A stretch of 64,000 bases of DNA from Minisyncoccota bacterium (GTDB lineage: Bacteria > Patescibacteriota > Minisyncoccia > Phycocordibacterales > UBA9973), in the NCBI GenBank assembly GCA_041664285.1, contig JBAYLA010000003.1:4684-68683 (forward strand), read 5' to 3'. The notes beneath the pieces were generated by a model. The model did no database searches, was not told the DNA's origin, and saw only the letters and a list, made by a program, of their open reading frames with translations. Every line of letters begins with the position of its first letter. The first letter of the stretch is position 1. Positions 58,969-64,000 of the stretch are shown one piece after another. The position numbers were made by a program, and so were the translations under genes.

Positions 58969-59310
58969 ATGCAAACAAAACAAGACAAAAGAATAAGACT
59001 GAAAAAGAAGATAAGGGTAAAAATCCAAGGTACGGCAGCACGCCCAAGGCTTACAGTCTTTCGTTCAAATAAATTTATCTATGCTCAAGTTATCAATGAC
59101 CTAACTGGCAAGACTTTGGCGCAAGCAAGCGATGTGAAGATAACTAAGGGGACAAAGAGTGAAAGAGCCAAAGAAGTAGGACGAGCAATCGGAGCTGCTT
59201 GTTTAAAAGCTAAAATCAAGAAAGTTATTTTTGATCGTAATGGATTTAAATATACTGGACGAATTAAATTAGTAGCGGATGAGGCTCGAGCAGGGGGATT
59301 AGAATTTTAA
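58969..59310 (+). CDS. rplR: 50S ribosomal protein L18
   Basis: canonical. Confidence 0.95.
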   Translation: MQTKQDKRIRLKKKIRVKIQGTAARPRLTVFRSNKFIYAQVINDLTGKTLAQASDVKITKGTKSERAKEVGRAIGAACLKAKIKKVIFDRNGFKYTGRIKLVADEARAGGLEF

Positions 59311-59318
59311 CCAAGTAG

Positions 59319-59915
59319 GTGATTTTATCAAATCATATGGATAAACCAAAAGACAACATAAGAGACAACAAAAAGAATTCTGGTCGTCGCGGATCATCTT
59401 TTAACAGAGTGAAGCCAGAATTTGATCAAAAGATCTTGAACATTCGTCGTGTTACCCGTGTGGTGGCTGGCGGAAGAAGATTTTCTTTTAGTGTTGCTAT
59501 CGTTGCAGGGGATAGAAAAGGAAGTGTTGGTTTAGGTTTAGGAAAAGCTGGAGATACAGCCTTAGCAATCAACAAAGCGCTTCGAAATGCCAAGAAAAAT
59601 ATGGTTAGATTGAATCTTACAAAAACCATGTCTATTCCTCATGAACTTTCTGCTAAATTTTCAAGTTCCTATATTATGCTTATGCCGAACAAGGGGCGTG
59701 GGCTTGTAGCGGGTTCAGTTGTTCGTGATATTGTGAAACTTTCTGGAGTGAAAGATGTCACAGGCAAGATTCTTTCTAATAGTAAAAATAAGTTAAACAA
59801 TGCGAAAGCAGTGATGGCAGCCCTTTCTCAAATTTCTTCCAAATACACAAAGATAGTTCCAGAAAGTGTCGTGATTGCCAATAAAGAAGTTGTTATTCCT
59901 GAAGTAGAAAAATAA
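59319..59915 (+). CDS. rpsE: 30S ribosomal protein S5 (N-terminal extension)
   Basis: canonical. Confidence 0.95.
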   Translation: MILSNHMDKPKDNIRDNKKNSGRRGSSFNRVKPEFDQKILNIRRVTRVVAGGRRFSFSVAIVAGDRKGSVGLGLGKAGDTALAINKALRNAKKNMVRLNLTKTMSIPHELSAKFSSSYIMLMPNKGRGLVAGSVVRDIVKLSGVKDVTGKILSNSKNKLNNAKAVMAALSQISSKYTKIVPESVVIANKEVVIPEVEK

Positions 59916-59916
59916 T

Positions 59917-60219
59917 ATGCAAATACATAATTTAAAAAGAAAACATAAGAACAAAAAAGATAGACTTGTTGGCCGTGGAGGTAAACATGCAAAAACTTCT
60001 GGCCGTGGAGGCAAGGGACAGACAGCTCGTGCTGGAAACAAGCGTCGTCCTGAACTTCGTGATATCATAAAGAAGTTACCTAAGAATCGTGGTTATCAAT
60101 TCAAATCCATTCAGAAAGTCTTTATCTTAGGAAAGGATAAGCTTACCACGAAAGAAGAAAAGTTTTCTGAGATCAGAAAAAGACTAGGAATCAAAGGGAA
60201 GAAGATTAAAATTAAGTAA
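59917..60219 (+). CDS. rplO: 50S ribosomal protein L15 (short, 100 aa); no L30 gene between rpsE and rplO
   Basis: GRGGK...GRGGKGQ Gly-rich N-terminal motif, position. Confidence 0.8.
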   Translation: MQIHNLKRKHKNKKDRLVGRGGKHAKTSGRGGKGQTARAGNKRRPELRDIIKKLPKNRGYQFKSIQKVFILGKDKLTTKEEKFSEIRKRLGIKGKKIKIK

Positions 60220-60236
60220 TTTTAAAAACATAAAAC

Positions 60237-61508
60237 ATGCAGAATTTCTGGAATAAAATAAAATTAATTTGGACAGACACAACCTTACGCAATAAAGTTT
60301 TATTTGTTTTTTTTGCATTGATAATTTTTAGATTACTTTCTGCTATTCCAATTCCAGGAATTGATGCTGTGGAGCTTAGTAGATTTCTCTCTAATAACCA
60401 ATTTTTTGGGATTTTAAATATATTCTCTGGAGGTGGACTTTCTAATCTTTCTATCATCATGCTTGGAGTGGGTCCATATATTACTGGTTCTATTATCATG
60501 CAGCTTCTTACTATCATGGTTCCTTCTTTGAAGAGGATTTATCACGAGGAAGGAGAAGCAGGGAGAAAGAAGTTTTCTCAATATTCTAGATTACTCACTG
60601 TTCCACTTGCGGCCATTCAGGGTTTTAGTCTTTTGTATATTCTTGAACAGCAAAATATTTTAGTTAATTTAACCACCTTTGATCGTATTACCAACTTGCT
60701 AATAGTAGTTGCTGGTTCAGTATTGATTATGTGGGTGGGTGAACTCATTTCTGAGTTTGGTATTGGTAATGGAGTGTCACTTATAATTTTTGCTGGTATT
60801 GTCTCTAGGCTTCCGTCTTGGGTTAATGAGCATATTTTCACTTTTGATGTTTCTCAAATTCCTATGTATTTAGTATTTGCCGTAGTGGCGATAATTATTT
60901 TGGCGGGTATTGTATTGGTCACTGAAGCAGAACGTCCAATTCCTGTTACTTATGCGAAACGTGTCCGAGGAATGAAAATGTATGGTGGAGGCTCTACTTA
61001 TTTGCCTTTACGTGTTAACCAAGCTGGAGTTATTCCAATAATTTTTGCGCTTTCTATTTTGCTTTTTCCGCAAATGATTGGGGCTTTCTTGTCTCGTTTT
61101 AGCAATCCAATTATTTCAAGTATCTCTGATTTCCTTATGGCCTTTACTCAAACGAGTGTGATTTATGCAATATTTTATTTTATTTTTGTCTTTCTCTTTA
61201 CTTACTTTTACACAGCTGTTACTTTTGACCCTGAAGCGCTTTCCACTAATTTACAAAAAAATGGTGCCTTTATTCCAGGTATTCGTCCGGGTGTTTCTAC
61301 CTCTGAATACATTTCGAAAGTATTGAGTCGGATAACTCTTTTAGGAGCTACATTCTTAGGAATTGTTGCCATCCTGCCTTTAGTTATGCAATTCATCACT
61401 GGGAACACTTCTTTTGCCCTAGGAGGTACGTCTATCCTGATCGTTGTTTCTGTTGTTCTAGACTTAATCAAAAAAGTCGACGCACAGATCTCCATGCGAG
61501 AGTATTAA
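60237..61508 (+). CDS. secY: preprotein translocase subunit SecY
   Basis: 10 TMs, canonical. Confidence 0.95.
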   Translation: MQNFWNKIKLIWTDTTLRNKVLFVFFALIIFRLLSAIPIPGIDAVELSRFLSNNQFFGILNIFSGGGLSNLSIIMLGVGPYITGSIIMQLLTIMVPSLKRIYHEEGEAGRKKFSQYSRLLTVPLAAIQGFSLLYILEQQNILVNLTTFDRITNLLIVVAGSVLIMWVGELISEFGIGNGVSLIIFAGIVSRLPSWVNEHIFTFDVSQIPMYLVFAVVAIIILAGIVLVTEAERPIPVTYAKRVRGMKMYGGGSTYLPLRVNQAGVIPIIFALSILLFPQMIGAFLSRFSNPIISSISDFLMAFTQTSVIYAIFYFIFVFLFTYFYTAVTFDPEALSTNLQKNGAFIPGIRPGVSTSEYISKVLSRITLLGATFLGIVAILPLVMQFITGNTSFALGGTSILIVVSVVLDLIKKVDAQISMREY

Positions 61509-61569
61509 AAGACTAGGTAAGTTTTTAACCAAAAAAATAATTTGTTCTAATAAATAAAGAAAAATTTTT

Positions 61570-61752
61570 ATGGAAAGTAATGGTATTGAAAAAAACAAAA
61601 GAAGAGTTGAAATAAGTAATAGAATGAAAGCTATAGAGCAAGAGAGGATAGCTTTAAATGAAATAATAAAACAAAAAGCTGCCGAAGAATTTAGCAAGTT
61701 ACAGCAATTAGATGTTGAATATAAACAACTTGATAAAGAATTAAAAAGCTAA
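61570..61752 (+). CDS. hypothetical small coiled-coil protein (60 aa)
   Basis: ORF only; no SD; low support. Confidence 0.3.
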   Translation: MESNGIEKNKRRVEISNRMKAIEQERIALNEIIKQKAAEEFSKLQQLDVEYKQLDKELKS

Positions 61753-61772
61753 AATTTTAAGTTAAGTTCTAT

Positions 61773-62372
61773 CTAACGCAACTTCTTGTACTCCTCAATC
61801 TCTTTTAGAATATCCTTTGCAACTTTTGGGATAGGCTGATTGCCGTTGATTATTTTTATTTTATTTAAACTCTTAAAATATTTTACAGTTTTACTGACTT
61901 GTTTTTTGTGATAATTAATTCTTTTAGCGATAATTTTTTTTGTATCAAGCACTCTATAAATAGCTTTCATTTTTCCCTTACTTCGTTTTAATGAACGTCT
62001 ATAAACTTCCTTATCGGGTAGGTTAATATAAAAAGCTAAAAAGTCTTCCTTGCGTGAATCCAGCATTTTTTTTAAGAGTTGGGCTTCTGGTTTTAGTCTT
62101 CCCCCTAGAAAAAGTAAGTTCTTGTTTTTAGGTTTATTGTTTATTTCTTTAATTAAAAATTTTTTTATCAAAACAACCGGCAATGGTAGACCTTTTCCTG
62201 TTGTTCTTCTAGCTAAATCACCATTTTTGCTTTTTTCTTTTAAAAGATTACGAGAATACACCCCTGTTTCTACAAATTTTAAAGCATATTTCTTTTTTAG
62301 AATATTAGCTTGGGTTTCTTTGCCGGAGGCTATCATTCCTAGAAGTACTATGTTAAATCCAAGCTTTTTCAT
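61773..62372 (-). CDS. divergent adenylate-kinase-like NMP-kinase family protein (paralog, opposite strand to adk)
   Basis: P-loop LLGMIASGKETQ (cf. GxPGxGKGTQ), GGRLKP in place of GFPRT; rest highly Lys-rich. Confidence 0.5.
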   Translation of the reverse strand: MKKLGFNIVLLGMIASGKETQANILKKKYALKFVETGVYSRNLLKEKSKNGDLARRTTGKGLPLPVVLIKKFLIKEINNKPKNKNLLFLGGRLKPEAQLLKKMLDSRKEDFLAFYINLPDKEVYRRSLKRSKGKMKAIYRVLDTKKIIAKRINYHKKQVSKTVKYFKSLNKIKIINGNQPIPKVAKDILKEIEEYKKLR

Positions 62373-62433
62373 AATAAAGTCATTCTATTACAAAACCCTT
62401 GATTATTCAAGCTAAATTTTGTATTGTTAACTT

Positions 62434-63024
62434 ATGCAAACGCAAACTTTCGTATTTTTTGGAATCATTGGCTCCGGCAAGGGAACTCAGGTTGATTTGT
62501 TGCGAAAATATCTAAAAGACAAGAACATAGCTTCTGATATTTTATATACATCTACAGGTGATGAATTCAGAAAGGTTATTGGGAGTGGTAGTTATACTGG
62601 ACAAATAATAAAAGAAACTCTTGAAAAAGGATTTTTACAGCCTAACTTTATTACCACCAGTTTATTTACCAACATACTGATTTCCGGAATGAAAAATGAC
62701 ACCTGCCTGATCGCTGATGGATATCCACGAACTATTGCGCAGTCAGAAAGTTTTGAAGCAATGATGAAGTTTTATAAAAGAGAAAATATAAAAATTATTT
62801 ACATTGAATTATCCGAGCAAGAAGCGATGAAAAGAAATTTACTACGAGGCAGAACTGATGATACAGAAGAAGGAATTAAGAAAAGATTTGATGAATACAT
62901 AAATAACGTAGTTCCTTCCTTAAATTATTTCAAAGGAAAAGAGAATTATACAATTTTCACGATCAATGGAGAGCAAACGGTAGAAAATGTGCACCAAGAT
63001 ATCATTAAGGCCTTGAATTTTTAA
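62434..63024 (+). CDS. adk: adenylate kinase (short-LID type)
   Basis: GIIGSGKGTQ, STGDEFRK, DGYPRT, RxxD..E. Confidence 0.9.
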   Translation: MQTQTFVFFGIIGSGKGTQVDLLRKYLKDKNIASDILYTSTGDEFRKVIGSGSYTGQIIKETLEKGFLQPNFITTSLFTNILISGMKNDTCLIADGYPRTIAQSESFEAMMKFYKRENIKIIYIELSEQEAMKRNLLRGRTDDTEEGIKKRFDEYINNVVPSLNYFKGKENYTIFTINGEQTVENVHQDIIKALNF

Positions 63025-63025
63025 T

Positions 63026-63706
63026 ATGGAAGAAACAATTGTAATTTCACTTGGAGGTTCGCTCATCATCCCTGATGAACTAGACATCAATTTTTTAAAA
63101 GAATTCAGAACTCTAATCCTTTCTCAAGTTGCAAAAGGTAAAAAGTTTGTGATTATTACTGGAGGAGGAAAAATTAATAGAAAATACAATGAAGCAGCCA
63201 AGGAAATTACTAATCCTTCCCACGAAGATCTAGATTGGATCGGCATAGCGGCTCTTAAATTAAATGCAGAGTTGTTAAGAGTTATATTTGGTGAATATGC
63301 ATACAAAGAAGTGATTTCTAATCTTTCTAATAAATTTCCCTTTGAAAAATCAATTATTATTGGTTCGGCTTATAAACCGGGAAGTAGTTCTGATTTGGAT
63401 GCAGTATTGGCTGCCAAGACAATTGGAGCAAAAAAAATAATTAATCTATCAAATATTGATTATGTTTACGATTCTGATCCTAAAAAAAATCCAGATGCTA
63501 AAAAAATTGAAAATATATCTTGGGTAGATTATCGAACTCTAATTCCTACTGACTGGACTCCCAGACTTAATTCGCCACTTGATCCTATTGCTTCAAAGAT
63601 GGCAGAAGAGGCAGGCTTAGAAGTGATGATTATGAATGGCAAACCAATTGACAATCTGGCTAAATGCTTAAATGGAGAGAAATTTCAGGGAACTATTATT
63701 TCATAG
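63026..63706 (+). CDS. amino-acid-kinase-family protein, putative archaeal-type UMP kinase (PyrH-like)
   Basis: IVISLGGSLI... and ITGGG motifs; size 226 aa. Confidence 0.6.
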   Translation: MEETIVISLGGSLIIPDELDINFLKEFRTLILSQVAKGKKFVIITGGGKINRKYNEAAKEITNPSHEDLDWIGIAALKLNAELLRVIFGEYAYKEVISNLSNKFPFEKSIIIGSAYKPGSSSDLDAVLAAKTIGAKKIINLSNIDYVYDSDPKKNPDAKKIENISWVDYRTLIPTDWTPRLNSPLDPIASKMAEEAGLEVMIMNGKPIDNLAKCLNGEKFQGTIIS

Positions 63707-63710
63707 CAGC

Positions 63711-63834
63711 AAAACTTTTAAAAATCAAATTTTTTTCGGCACAGAATTTTCAAGAAACATTCAGCCTTAAAAATCTTGGAGTTCAGAGCTCGACAGCCTC
63801 GAAACCCCTGCAAAAGTTTATTTTAAAAAGTTTT
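63711..63834. repeat. copy C of the ~90-110 bp repeat element (AAAACTTTT...AAAAGTTTT ends)
   Basis: aligns with 4962-5045 along its full length (TTTTTTCGG[CT]ACAGA...AAAAATC[CT]TG.AGTT...CTCGAAACCCCT.CAAAAGTTT). Confidence 0.6.
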
Positions 63835-63846
63835 ACAAAAATTTTT

Positions 63847-64000
63847 ATGATAATTATAAAAACACCAAAAGAGATAGAAATCATTCGCGAAGGTGGCAAG
63901 CACTTAGCAACCGTTCTTTATAAAATAAAAGAAATGGTGAAGCCGGGTATTTCTACGAAAGACTTAGATATTTATGCGGAAAAACTAATTCGGGACATAG
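63847..64000 (+). CDS. map: methionine aminopeptidase type I, 3'-truncated by window end
   Basis: MIIIKTPKEIEIIREGGKHLA...; canonical position after adk. Confidence 0.8.
   Translation, partial: MIIIKTPKEIEIIREGGKHLATVLYKIKEMVKPGISTKDLDIYAEKLIRDI

Noticed and set aside
1-64000. rRNA genes, integrases/transposases, restriction-modification or Cas genes
   Set aside because: Searched by eye for signature motifs (integrase R..H..R..Y, DDE, Cas HD/RuvC contexts); none found. The absence applies to this window only.

Overview
This 64 kb window looks like the chromosome of a small-genome, low-GC bacterium, most plausibly a Candidate Phyla Radiation / Patescibacteria (Parcubacteria-like) organism. 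The lineage placement is inference only, based on composition (roughly one-third GC by eye, not computed) and gene content. Content in order: (i) a MacAB-type tripartite ABC efflux operon followed by an ECF sigma factor with a putative anti-sigma membrane protein; (ii) a 782-aa cell-surface protein carrying thrombospondin-type-1-like repeats; (iii) a GC-rich 'foreign-looking' secreted-protein gene next to a tRNA-Arg; (iv) a large, internally duplicated two-component signalling cluster; (v) RuvX, a tRNA-binding protein and a PilMNO type IV pilus module; (vi) a tRNA/rplS region bracketed by two paralogous ~570-aa cysteine-rich proteins of unknown family; (vii) a P-type ATPase split by a frameshift in a G6 run; (viii) TsaE/TsaC, MntH, MurB, FKBP, SIMPL, SecE-NusG-L11; (ix) a YhhQ-like transporter with overlapping CofE-like and RimK/CofF-like glutamate ligases; (x) a dCMP deaminase/MazG/FolA/ThyA thymidylate module, a DEAD-box helicase, L28, an M50 protease; (xi) the str/S10/spc ribosomal-protein super-operon (rpsL to secY), then adk, an archaeal-type UMP kinase and the start of map. 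I found seven tRNAs, several clear hairpin terminators, no rRNA and no CRISPR. Two families of short intergenic repeats stand out: a ~90-110 bp element in three copies and a CCCCCACAC-core palindrome in four copies. Coordinates come from the supplied ORF track where possible; start-codon adjustments and all motif coordinates were counted by hand and may be off by a few nucleotides.
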